Assembly: GCF_964204865.1 (NCBI RefSeq)
Contig: NC_135262.1
Span: 12,152,001 to 12,216,000 of the forward strand
Length of the DNA stretch: 64,000 bases
Reading direction: 5' to 3'
From: Styela clava
Lineage: Eukaryota
Shown piece by piece: positions 52,774 to 64,000 of the stretch (position 1 is the stretch's first letter; the number at the start of each line of letters is the position of its first letter). The position numbers and the translations under genes were made by a program. The notes under the pieces were generated by a model that searched no databases, had not been told where the DNA came from, and saw nothing but the letters and a program-made list of their open reading frames with translations.

Positions 52774-53282
52774 AATAAACTAATTGAATTGAATATCTGT
52801 CTGATCATCGGCACAAATTTCAATTGTTACCTCATTATTGACTTCATCCTGATTGGGAAATAAGCAGAAAAGACAATACTTAGGTAAACATTATTTTCCT
52901 ATTTCCTGAGTCATTTCAATTTATTGTCAGAAATTTTTTGTCGCCTTAAACAGTTCGTAACTCACTTCATCCTGACCTAAACCTATCCATCCCCATGGCT
53001 ACCTCGATTGATGTTGCCCTGGTGTCTCTCTCGTTTCCGTGGGACCATTTGAAAGCTCTCTCGTTTCGACGATAGACTTTCAACTTTTCCGAGGCGCGTA
53101 ATGGATTTCCGATTGGATTTGACATGAAATCAATCATTTGCGTTGATTTTTCTCGCATATTCTCCTGATCTTGATTCGTTTCTCATCATGTATCAAACGC
53201 TAGTATATCCCAGCCCACCATAAGGTGCTAATTTTGGCAGTTTTATATATTTGCGAAAGTCGTGGTTAATATTACGGCCAAC

Positions 53283-53316
53283 CAATGACATTAAACAATG
53301 TTGTTTAATGTCATTG
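53283..53316. mobile_element. P-element excision footprint (two fused TIR ends)
   Basis: CAATGACATTAAACAA-TG-TTGTTTAATGTCATTG flanked by 7-bp GGCCAAC / GGCAAAC. Confidence 0.8.
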
Positions 53317-54619
53317 GGCAAACGTATCAGTCAAAAACACCCACAAAATATTAGCCAAGATGGCTTATCGGAATCGCTTCCCCACCTGTATTTGGCCTTA
53401 TTTTTTGTATTTGCGTATTTTCTCAATATCATTGCGTGACCTGGTTCCGTAGTACCCGAGCTGTACATATAAATAGAACTAAAGAGCTCTCCATAAGTGT
53501 GTGTACCAATATGAAGACAACTAATATTGTTCGCCTACTCTACACCAAGTTGTGTAAAGGGACAGAAACCTATGGGCACAGGATATATTCACTTGGCTAA
53601 CACGCACACACAATCCCCGAACTCGTAATAGAACTAGAATAAGAAAAATCTGAATCAAAATGGGCACTCGCAGTATATTATAGAAATATGATATTTGTGG
53701 TGATCAATCAATCAATCGATATTAGAAAATAGACAATTATATTTCATTCGATTGGTAAATATTTGTCCATTTTATAAAACTGGAAATCCACGCCAGGAGT
53801 TGAAAATAATTAACCAAATATGACCGTATATAGCCGTATCGCTATCATCCAGTCATTTACCGAAAACTGTTTATGTGTTGTTTTATTATTATTATTATTT
53901 GTATCATCATGTTTCTGGTTTGACGAAAATATAAATTCTCTCTCTTCATTCCCTTACCGACACCTTGTGGTTAATAAACCTTGCCTTCTGCTTCTAGCGT
54001 TTTGTGGAAAGGCTTACGAACAGACTATCGCTCCTTCGCAAAAAGCTTTGGAGGTTGTAGACTATGTCAGTATGTAGGCGACACTACAGTACCGGTACCT
54101 GTAAGCTAGCTTAACAATTTGTTTTACATCACACTGATTCCTTTCACCAAATTTCAATAAAAAATATTAATCTGCGAATTGTTCAGTTAGAGATTTTTTG
54201 AGATTAATGATTTTTTAGGCAGAACTGGGACAGGCGGCAGGGCAGCAATCACAAGCTGACAAACACAAAATGGATTGTGCTTGCGTGCATTTTTATGCAA
54301 ACTGTTACCCAAGAAATAGGGAGGTCGCATTTCTGAGATACTTTCATGACGTTATTGTGACAGTACAACACCCACCAAAATGGAAGAGTACGGTAATCAT
54401 TTTCGATGATAATATACGACAACGTGTCGAAAGATAATACACGACTTATTCAATAACTAGCGAGCAATTGAAAAAACCTTCCTCTAATTTTATTATTCTG
54501 ATTCATTTTTGTAGAATGACAAAATAGTTCTTTCTGAATCTTCAATAAAATAGCTGCTATTCCAGTCTATATCTATGTTGGGAATTATTTAAAACAAGTC
54601 TCAGATAGATCAGAAAACC

Positions 54620-57352
54620 ATGGCCTCTGTCGAAGAGAGCGATTATATTTGTCGTGTATGTAGATCTGAAGGTTCCCAAGACAAACCACTTTATCATCCA
54701 TGTATTTGTACTGGAAGTATACGATATGTACATCAGGACTGTTTGGTACAATGGCTTCGCCACAGCAAAAAAGAATATTGTGAATTGTGCAAGCATAAGT
54801 ATTCGTTCAAGCCAATTTATAGTGCTGATATGCCCACTCGTCTGCCAGTAACTGACCTCGTGTATGGGTTATTCCGCAGCATATTCATGGCTGTAAGATC
54901 ATGGTTGCATTATACCTTGGTAGCGGTGGCTTGGTTAGGTATTGTCCCCCTAACCGCTTGTCGAATTTATAAATGTCTTTTTACCGGATCGGTAAGATCT
55001 TTACTGAGCTTACCAATGGATATGCTTTCTACTGAAAATGTAGGACAGGATATTTTATGTGGATCATTGGTCGTGGCTTGCACGATGGCTTCTTTCATCG
55101 GATTAGTGTGGCTTCGCGAACAAATCATGAATGGTGGCATGCCAGGCTGGCTAAATAGAAACGGTCCTGATAACGTCGCTGTAGCTCCGAATGCAGAAGT
55201 TGCGATAAATGATGATAACAATAACATAGAACATGGAGTCCCGAATGCTGAAGATATTGTTGAACAAGAAGAGGATGAATCGGATGATTCTGAAGACATA
55301 GATGAGGAGGAGGAAGATGCGGAACCAGAAGAGATTCAGCTGGATGGTGCTGAAGTTGAAGATCTGGAGGAAAATGAAGTGGATGTACAAAATGAAGGAG
55401 ATGATGGCAATTGGAATGCACTTGAATGGGATAGAGCTGCGGAAGAATTAACGTGGGAAAGAATGTTGGGACTCGATGGATCTCTAGTTTTTCTCGAGCA
55501 TGTATTCTGGGTTGTTTCACTCAACACTCTTTTCATTCTTGTATTTGCATTTTGTCCGTATCATCTTGGACATTTTGTTCTTGCAGCGGTTGACCTTGAT
55601 GTTTACCTCGTTGCTTCACGATTCGAAGGATTCCTCACCACTTTATTCGGATACGTTATTTTGACCGTGGCATTTTTTGTGTGTCATGCTGCTATGTTTT
55701 TGTTGAAAATGCAACGATCTGGAAGAGTTCTTGGGATTTTGTATATTGTATTGAAAGTAGCTCTGCTAGTTATGTTTGAAATGGGTGTTTTCCCACTTGT
55801 ATGTGGATGGTGGTTGGACATTTGCTCACTACAGCTTTTTAATACAACTGTTCAAGAAAGAGTTACTAATTACATAAATTCACCTGGAACGTCGACTTTT
55901 TTCCATTGGTTATTAGGAATGATTTATATATTTTACACAGCTTCATTCATGCTGCTTTTAAAAGAAGTTTTGCGTCCTGGCGCATTATGGTTCCTACGCA
56001 ATTTAAACGATCCGGATTTCAACCCGATTCAAGAAATGATCCACTTACCATTGTACAGACATATTCGAAGATTTTTACTTTCAGTCGTTATATTTGGATC
56101 TGCAGTTCTAATGATGATTTATTTGCCAGTGCAAATGATACTTCGTTATTCACCCAACTTTCTACCATATCATGTTAATTTACGTAAAGATGTTCCAATC
56201 AGTGATTTATCTCTTGAACTTATCCTACTGCAAGTTATCATACCTGCTTTACTAGAGCAAGGCCAGACAAGGCAATGGTTGAAATCAATAATAAAGATTT
56301 GGGCGAAAGTTGTTGGTACTTTACTAGGTGTAAAGTCATATCTTCTTGGTGATACTGACGGCGATGCCAGAGCTCAAAATGAAAATCAAATTCAACCTCA
56401 ACGGGCGGTAAATAATAATGATGAAAATCAAGAAGAAGTTCCAGTTGTGCCATTTCAGCAGCAAAATTTACACCCAGAACCACAACAGATGGCTTTAGAT
56501 GGCGAGATACATCAACCCTATACTCGCCCAAATTATTTTGTGACTAGAATTGTGCTTTTGCTACTTTTAATGTGTGCAACGCTTTCATTGATCAGCCTTA
56601 CAGTAATGGTCGTACCTGTGGGAATTGGACGATATTTATTTAGTTTGTGGTTAGGTACTGAAAATGCTAATTTTATACATGATTTATATCCTACAGCTTT
56701 GGGGTTATATACATGCTGGCTGATGGGACATTTGGTAAACTTATCAATGGTATGGTTTCCTCGGGGTTCAAGAGCGATTTGGTCAGAGTGTAAAACATTG
56801 ATTAAAATGATTTCTAAAATTGCGATTGTTGGGGGTTTTGTTTTTGGATTATTTCCACTATTGTTCGGATTGCTTTTTGAGCTGGTAATCGTAATTCCAT
56901 TGAGAGTACCTTTACACCAATCTCCTCTTAATTTTCTTTGGCAAGATTGGGTGCTTGGAATTCTTTTAGTTAAGTTAGCAGTTGCTTTAACCTTGCTCGG
57001 CCCCCAATGGAAAATAAGAATTGCTATAGAGAGGGTCTTTCATCAAGGACCTAGAAATTTCAGTCTTCGTGATATGTACGTTGATGTTATTCATCCCATT
57101 ATGTGTAGTCTTTTATTATCTTTAACTGTGCCATATGTGATTGCTCATTCGGCCACATATGTTTTAGGTTTGCCACACGATTTTTCAAATATTTTATTAC
57201 GTCGTATATATCCTTGTCTCATTTCCTTTTTTGCACTAGTTTCTTTTCTCATGTTTGAAGCGAAGCAGTTTCGTCGATTGTGCGATCATATCAAAAATGA
57301 ACGTTATCTTGTTGGGAAAAGATTACTCAATTACGAGCCTGCTAAAGCCTAA
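54620..57352 (+). CDS. MARCHF6: E3 ubiquitin ligase MARCH6/Doa10, intronless CDS
   Basis: RING-CH domain (ICRVCR..PLYHPCICTGSIRYVHQDCLVQWL..CELC), WDRAAEELTWERMLGLDGSL, TD region GWWLDICSL, and C-terminal IKNERYLVGKRLLNY. Confidence 0.97.
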   Translation: MASVEESDYICRVCRSEGSQDKPLYHPCICTGSIRYVHQDCLVQWLRHSKKEYCELCKHKYSFKPIYSADMPTRLPVTDLVYGLFRSIFMAVRSWLHYTLVAVAWLGIVPLTACRIYKCLFTGSVRSLLSLPMDMLSTENVGQDILCGSLVVACTMASFIGLVWLREQIMNGGMPGWLNRNGPDNVAVAPNAEVAINDDNNNIEHGVPNAEDIVEQEEDESDDSEDIDEEEEDAEPEEIQLDGAEVEDLEENEVDVQNEGDDGNWNALEWDRAAEELTWERMLGLDGSLVFLEHVFWVVSLNTLFILVFAFCPYHLGHFVLAAVDLDVYLVASRFEGFLTTLFGYVILTVAFFVCHAAMFLLKMQRSGRVLGILYIVLKVALLVMFEMGVFPLVCGWWLDICSLQLFNTTVQERVTNYINSPGTSTFFHWLLGMIYIFYTASFMLLLKEVLRPGALWFLRNLNDPDFNPIQEMIHLPLYRHIRRFLLSVVIFGSAVLMMIYLPVQMILRYSPNFLPYHVNLRKDVPISDLSLELILLQVIIPALLEQGQTRQWLKSIIKIWAKVVGTLLGVKSYLLGDTDGDARAQNENQIQPQRAVNNNDENQEEVPVVPFQQQNLHPEPQQMALDGEIHQPYTRPNYFVTRIVLLLLLMCATLSLISLTVMVVPVGIGRYLFSLWLGTENANFIHDLYPTALGLYTCWLMGHLVNLSMVWFPRGSRAIWSECKTLIKMISKIAIVGGFVFGLFPLLFGLLFELVIVIPLRVPLHQSPLNFLWQDWVLGILLVKLAVALTLLGPQWKIRIAIERVFHQGPRNFSLRDMYVDVIHPIMCSLLLSLTVPYVIAHSATYVLGLPHDFSNILLRRIYPCLISFFALVSFLMFEAKQFRRLCDHIKNERYLVGKRLLNYEPAKA

Positions 57353-59332
57353 ATAATTTTAATTTGATATCAATTTGTTATTATTGAATAAAAAAAATTT
57401 TTTTTGGAAACTGGTTTCCAGTTTAACTCAATTGTTGTGAGTTTTTTCTGCTGCTTCATTTTATTGCAATAATTTCATGATTTTTACAGCTTATTGTATA
57501 ACTGTGTTTTTTGTCTGTTATTCTTCTGTGTTTTTGTTTTGCCTCCATATAGTATTGCACTTATCTGGAGATTAATAATTTTCTAATAGAAATGAATGAA
57601 CTGCCTTATGTTTGGTAAATCTAACAAGTTTTAGAAGTATCGTGCTTGGAAACCATGGATAGTTAGTCTATTAATGAAAACCATAAAAGAAACTTCCTCA
57701 TTTTTTGTAAAAAAAAATTGGAAAACGTTTGTAAAAGGAACTCAAATGATAGTGTAACATAAACTTCTGTGTAAAGAAGTGTTCAAGATGATTCAGCTGA
57801 AATGGAATTTGAATTGCTTAATGAATAATTAAGACTTCGTTAGAACTGAGTATAAAAATTACTATTGTTTTTGTTAAATTGACTTTTTTAGGGATAAATT
57901 TGGCATATAGCAGTTTTTTCCCAACAAAATTTTGTTACATATTCACTGTTCAAATTAAATCAAATTTTCGAATCAATTCAAAATTAATTATATTTGGGAT
58001 TTTAAGTTCTTGGTTTTAGAATTAATTAAGGATAGTAAATTTCGAAAAAGCTATTGAGAAATTTAAGTCTCACAGGCCTTATTTTAAAGTTATAAAAATT
58101 TTTAAGATATAGAAAATCAATTGAAACTTTTTTGTTTTTCCATATTTGAACACATTGAATATGAATCAACTTCAACATGTTCTCTGTTAAATATACTTAT
58201 CTAATTTAAAATATATTCAATATCTGAATTACAGTGGTAGATTATTTGGGTTCGGCCATCTCCGCATTACACTGCATGATATTTCCATTGTTTCATTCAA
58301 AGAGAATTATATATTTTCTTATGTTAATTACCTGCCTTCGTAGTCTAAAATAAGCCTGATCTTTCTTCAATAGATGATTGATCTGTCTCATCAATTTTGT
58401 GAACTGCTTTCTCGTTGTACTGGGAAATTCAATATAGTACCATATCTAATATAGTACTCTAAATTATCAATTATTTTACAATATTTTCATCAATAATATG
58501 TTATTGTCGCATCCACAAGCAAGAATTGGACTATTGAAGAGATTAGGCAGATTATAACAAACATTGGTACAACAGGAAAACCAGATAAAATATCTGTTAT
58601 TTGCTCTACATTTCTGCCTTTAAATTCAGTCCCCATAGTATTCACACTGATTTGTATAAATTTTGAATGCTTCTCAGATGTGAAAATCTTTTTTTTTCAG
58701 AAGATTATTCAAATTAGTAAATTTCACATGGCTTTTGGCCAGCCTCACAAGCTTGCAGTGTCAATAACTTATTATTATGTATCTATAATCAGATGTGTTT
58801 GTGCTTATTTGTATTTCTTGACTGGGATTTATTGTTCATTGCTTCGTTTGGCATTAACTGTATTGAAAAAGTGTGTTTGAAATGAATGACAATAAGTATT
58901 TATCATTCCTAAAGGAAGACCATCTTGCACATATTTGAATAATCGTTGGCATATTAGGATGTTTCTGAAGAATACGATTTCCCCGTTTCAATATTGCCTA
59001 TCCTATTATTTGCACTTTTTTGAGGTGGTGGACATGGGATTTGAAGATAGAGATATGTAACCTGTGAACGTGACACAGTTAAGTCTCTAACTCTAACCAC
59101 TAGGCAATCGTGCGCAGAAAAAATATGGAAGGTAAAATAATCACATCTCAATAATTGTATTTTATGAACTTTATTGCTTAATATTATTTGTGCTTGATAT
59201 TTCTCTCACATTTTCACTTTTGGTAAAAGGATGCTGTTGATAAAAATGTCGTAATACTGTACAGTGTATAATATATATTTGAATTTTCTTTTGCTCATAC
59301 TTAGATACTACCATATTATTAATATTACTTAT

Positions 59333-60931
59333 ATGATGGATAAACAAAAAGAAGCATTGGTGAGAATTACTGGAACTGTACAAACAAAATATGAAGAAGT
59401 GGATAGATATGCACGGGAACTTCATTCAAAAATTGACACACTCGAAAATTGTTACAAAGATTCGATTTTAGAACTGGACGAGCAATTCCAGATGTTGGCA
59501 GAAAGTCTCGAAAGAGCTCGAACTCGAATGATGTCTGAGATTGAAACTGAATTAGCAGAGAAAATGAAACCGTTGCAAGAGCATTTACAAACTTTCGAAT
59601 CAGCAAAACATGATGCTGAAGATCTAATTGCAATGTCCAATGAGGCCCTAGATTTGACAGCACCCGATCAATTCTCACAAGCCGCTCTTCGTATTAAAGA
59701 GCGTGTAACAATGTCTCCTATATTTCGGCTTTCGCTGTGCCCGTTTGATGATAATGCAGAACCAGAATGCTTCTTTTATGCTGATTTCGCTAGGGAACAA
59801 AACGTTTTGAATCAGCTGAAATTTCTACCTATTCCAAGCCAACCCGAAATTGTTAAAGCCGGATGTTTTGCGGAAAACAATATCGTTCATTGCCTATGGA
59901 CAATTTTGGAAGAAGAAGACAATTTTTTATCTGCTGATATGCCGATAAGTTTATGCAGCGAACAAACAGATCGTCTTCACCTGCCTTCTTCTATCAATTA
60001 TTTCGTCGTACAATATCGACAGGTTCGAACTAGCGGAGAAAATATTCCATGGATCACTATTGAATGTGTTCGTTCAATGCAATGTGATATAAAAGGGTTA
60101 ATATTTCATCAACCTTTTCTTGAGTTCCGTGTGCAGGCTTGGAATAAGGCAATGGGGGGTACATGGAGTAAAGTAGGGTCAATCTCTACTCCAGCTTTTC
60201 ATTTTGCTCTCAATCCAGACGCCTCCCATCCAAATCTTAAAGTGATTTCAGATGATGTTGTGGAATGGGACGCTTCGTCAAATAAAGTTTCTCAAGATAA
60301 TAGAATAAAAAGTGCTAGCATGACTCGCTCGCCGTCTCCGGCGAAAGGTGTAACCTCATCTTCTCCTAGAAGAGCTAAACCTAAAGATCGCTTCACTGGA
60401 GAGTCTTACACTGTACTTGCTGACACAGCATTTAGTGACGAAGAAGCTTATTTTGAGGTTTCACCTCATCCTGACTGCAAAACGTATTCTGTAGGAATAA
60501 CCTTGAAATCGCTTGCCAGATTTGATCAACTGGGAAAAACAGCAACATCATGGTGTATACATATCAGCAGCTGGATTCAGAATACATTCGTTGCGAAACA
60601 TAACAATAAAGTTAAAAATCTAGATTCATCAGGTCAAACACCAAATAGATATGGAGTCTACTTCAATCTTTCTACTGGAATATTGTCTTTTTATAATGCC
60701 GAAACACGTCGACACATTCATACGTTCAAGCAAGTAAAATGCAATGGCCCGATTGTTCCAGGATTTCTTATGTGGTTCGGATCTTTAGAGGTATTTACTG
60801 GGATTCAAGTTCCATCGTGGATTGTCACACGACCTTCAACTTCTCTCAATATCAAATCTGATTCAAGTTCGACAAAATCAAATTCACCTGTGAATCCAGC
60901 AAGTCCAGAGGAAAAGTCATCTTTGAAATAA
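59333..60931 (+). CDS. FSD1: FSD1/FSD1L-like protein (coiled-coil/COS, FN3, SPRY), intronless CDS
   Basis: KQKEAL start, IKERVTMSPIFRLSL, DFAREQNVLNQLKFLPIP, SHPNLKV..VEWD, DRFTGESYTVLADT and FVAKHNNKVK. The ORF-track start at 59264 is GTG; the first ATG is at 59333. Confidence 0.9.
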   Translation: MMDKQKEALVRITGTVQTKYEEVDRYARELHSKIDTLENCYKDSILELDEQFQMLAESLERARTRMMSEIETELAEKMKPLQEHLQTFESAKHDAEDLIAMSNEALDLTAPDQFSQAALRIKERVTMSPIFRLSLCPFDDNAEPECFFYADFAREQNVLNQLKFLPIPSQPEIVKAGCFAENNIVHCLWTILEEEDNFLSADMPISLCSEQTDRLHLPSSINYFVVQYRQVRTSGENIPWITIECVRSMQCDIKGLIFHQPFLEFRVQAWNKAMGGTWSKVGSISTPAFHFALNPDASHPNLKVISDDVVEWDASSNKVSQDNRIKSASMTRSPSPAKGVTSSSPRRAKPKDRFTGESYTVLADTAFSDEEAYFEVSPHPDCKTYSVGITLKSLARFDQLGKTATSWCIHISSWIQNTFVAKHNNKVKNLDSSGQTPNRYGVYFNLSTGILSFYNAETRRHIHTFKQVKCNGPIVPGFLMWFGSLEVFTGIQVPSWIVTRPSTSLNIKSDSSSTKSNSPVNPASPEEKSSLK

Positions 60932-63314
60932 GTTTGTGTTTTCTTCCCCTATTTCTCACATAAAATTCACTTATGAAGATTAATAATTCGTATATTGCAT
61001 GAATTTTGTTGTTGTTTATATTTAGGAAATATGACAAAATAATAATATAATATAGTGAAAAGACTGAGTAGAAGAGAAATATAGCTTGAGTATAAAAATG
61101 GGAAGCTGATAAATGATTTTATTATTTACCGTACATCTCCACTTATTATTAATAATGCTTTATTTTCAATATTATGGTGCAAATGCATAAAACTTTTTTG
61201 AATTTCGTTTTTATTGGTGCCCTCAAGTTTCAAGATGTAGTGTTACTTTATCCTTTATGTTGTAAATAATAAATCTGTTATGAAATTCCATATTAGACTA
61301 GTGAAAAGTGTTATTTTGTAGTAAGCTATCTCGTAGTTCCTTCATTTTTTATTTTTCGTGGCTCCATTTTTTATTCTCAAATTTATCTCATATTGAAATA
61401 CTGATAAAATTTGCTATGTTATCAGATCAACTCTAAATCATGCTGCTTATAGTAGAGAGAGGTTGCTCATGATAGTTATCTCCTTCCATATCTGAACATT
61501 TACTTCTTGGTATTTTCAGATTTTAATAATAATTTTGAATTGAAATATTCTAAATTGGTAAATGTAAAGCAAAAATTGTTGTATCTTGCAATAAGATTTG
61601 ATATAAAAAATTGTATTTCCAAAAAAAAAATTTTTTTTGGGAGAGTTACCGTAATATTCAAACATCTGAATTGAAAAATAAACTTTTTTAATGACATTAA
61701 TTCACATTTTTGAAAGTTTAAGTTATTCGGATTTTATACACAAATATTTCGGTACAAATTTATCACTGTTTTTATCAATTTCATCAACAAAAGGTCAGTG
61801 CAAATATATTTATTTATAAAAAATAAAGCTGTGATCAAGCAATAATATAATAAGTAATACTGTACTAATAAACTTCACTGAGAATTATTGTAATTAACTT
61901 TAACTTTTTAGTAACATATATTATATTTTTCGCATTACCTAATCGAAATAAAATTGTTCGAAATGCTTCTCTGCACAATTAAGTGTATTATTCATCAGTT
62001 TTGTGCAATTTTTTATCAACTTGTGTTGCAATTGAACTGTTGTGAATTGTGATTGTATTTTATTATTCACCATGATAAATGAATACACAAATAAGCTTTT
62101 ATGAGCTACATCAGTAATTAGCTTTTAAATTTATTTATATCATTCCTATGACCACTTATTATCACACTATAGTGGTTATAAATCTATGGATCATGACACA
62201 AATTGGCCTAAAATTAAAAATAGGTGGTTTTGTGAAATAATGATAATGTAATAGATGTTAGTTATACCTTAATTTTTAATTCGAAAAACCTGTCAGTGTA
62301 ACTTTTCACTTATTTCATATTTTTATTTTTTTGTAGCTTTTGCCTGGTGACTTCTTTGTATTTAATCTCTATTGTTCAATGTTAGTATAAAACATTCCTA
62401 GTGTTATCTTTACTCAATAAGTCAGGGCAATGTAATTTTAGTCATGAATCATGTAGCGAGCATTGACGTCTTTTTCAGGCATATGATAAAGAACAACTTA
62501 GTAAGGGTTCTGAACCTTGTAACATTTGAAATATTTTTTTGTTATATACCGTATGCTCAAACATGATATATTGATGCCAGGCCAAAGTTTTTTTTTGACT
62601 GGGATGTTTTTTTTAATGAAAACATTCCTTGTTATACTATGTGCTATATGATATTGTTAGCTAGTTGTTCACTGTGATGGTATATATGGGTATACTCGTC
62701 GTATATGTAGTGAGCCTGGAGTATTTAATGGGTTAAAATTATATTTGGATGTATCTATTTGCTTTACTTAATATACTTAATAATATCTATGTAGTTTCCA
62801 GTTGGACCACAATATCAATGTCAAACAAATAGTTTGATATGATACTATTGGATTGACTAACATTCTACGTTTATTTTAAGAGTTATTAATAAGAGTATTC
62901 TGATCATGATGAATTAGAAAAAAACTTATTATTTTACTTTTTATGTATTATATAATTTGAACAGATTTAAAATATATATTGTCAATGCTGTAAAGTTATA
63001 CTATTTACTTGTTACTGGAAATAGTCAAAAAATTTTCTTATATGTTGAAACTTAATGTTTATTGTTTTTTTGTTGTTCATCCCAGATACATTAAAATTAA
63101 ACATCATAAAAATAAACTAGGTTACACATTAAGAAAGCTGTATGAAGTTCTGGAGTAGATGAAGATTATTTATTAAATACACCAAGGGTGGATATTGTTT
63201 TATACTTATTATTCGCAATTCATGGAATTTTAACATTTTATTTATTAATTTCTGTAATAGTTTTATTGATGGGTTCGGTACCTGCTTGTTAGTTCAGTAA
63301 AATCGACTCTAAAA

Positions 63315-63848
63315 ATGGCTTCTGGAGGTCATGATGCAGCAGATAGTATTCCAACACCACGAAGCATGGATGATCCGAAAATCCAAGGACCAAACTCGAA
63401 GAAACCCATAATGAATAGGACTTTTAGTGGAGAACAAGAAACAAGTTCACACGAACATTATGAAAAAAGTAGCCATGGACTTCAAAATAAAGCTGTACCA
63501 TATCAAAGATCTACGAGACCATGCGCTCCACAACCTTCGAACAAAGGTCAAACTCAAATTAAACCAAGACGCGTCGGTGAACGAATCGAAGATGTATTTC
63601 AGGATGAAATAGTTCAGAGATTTCCGAAGATGACTGAGTTTAAAAAGTTCGCTCGATCTTCGTCAGGATTGAGATTATCAGATTATGATGTCGAAAGCAT
63701 AATGGAAGACTATCGCCAGGCAGAGGAACAAAAGCTTCAAATGTTGTATTTATGGAAACAAAAAAAAGGGAAAAATGCAACACCAGATTTGATTCGCAAA
63801 CTAGTTGATGAGTTTTTTGATAGACCAACCTATTATGATCAAGACTGA
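63315..63848 (+). CDS. Small protein with C-terminal death domain
   Basis: Disordered N-terminal half, then FKKFAR..GLRLSDYDVESI..EEQKLQMLYLWKQKKGKNAT, a typical death-domain pattern. Confidence 0.75.
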   Translation: MASGGHDAADSIPTPRSMDDPKIQGPNSKKPIMNRTFSGEQETSSHEHYEKSSHGLQNKAVPYQRSTRPCAPQPSNKGQTQIKPRRVGERIEDVFQDEIVQRFPKMTEFKKFARSSSGLRLSDYDVESIMEDYRQAEEQKLQMLYLWKQKKGKNATPDLIRKLVDEFFDRPTYYDQD

Positions 63849-64000
63849 AGACTTTGGATTAGTATGCCAATCACAAAACTATTTTTTATAATTATGCCAT
63901 ACTTTATTATGTTTAAATTTAAAACAATCTTTGTTCATTTTAACGAATACTTCATCGATAATGGATATCATAATAATATAATAATAATAATATTCAAATA

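Noticed and set aside
52967-53158. 63-aa minus-strand ORF
   Set aside because: No recognisable domain. It resembles 47480-47575, so it is probably a transposon remnant.
54967-56531. Antisense and alternate-frame ORFs inside MARCHF6 (also inside the SDR, FSD1 and death-domain genes)
   Set aside because: Shadow ORFs of real coding sequence.

Overview
AT-rich eukaryotic genomic DNA with GT-AG introns. An invertebrate chordate such as an ascidian is the most likely source; this is inferred from gene content (FSD1-like) and compact gene style, not proven. Recognisable housekeeping genes are an HSD17B8-like SDR, POP4, MRPL27, NUTF2, MARCHF6, FSD1-like and a small death-domain protein. They lie among many mostly non-autonomous DNA transposons (hAT, MULE, Tc1/pogo, Sola-like, P-like, Helentron-like) and decayed retroelements. 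The main discovery is a pair of divergently transcribed 3-exon paralogs (7739-9352 minus; 19644-20775 plus) that the ORF track only shows in fragments. Manual splicing gives two 167-aa secreted precursors with the same layout: signal peptide, helical pro-region with 1 Cys, a C-x7-CKTM-x-S-x-C chain, KR, an acidic linker, an RVKR furin site, and a basic chain ending C-x2-C-x3-CW. They flank a ~10-kb intergenic region carrying kB/CRE/AP-1-like motifs. I do not recognise the family; it is a candidate new two-chain peptide hormone, cytokine or defence-peptide system. A second highlight is a 34-bp P-element excision footprint next to a 3.8-kb P-like element.
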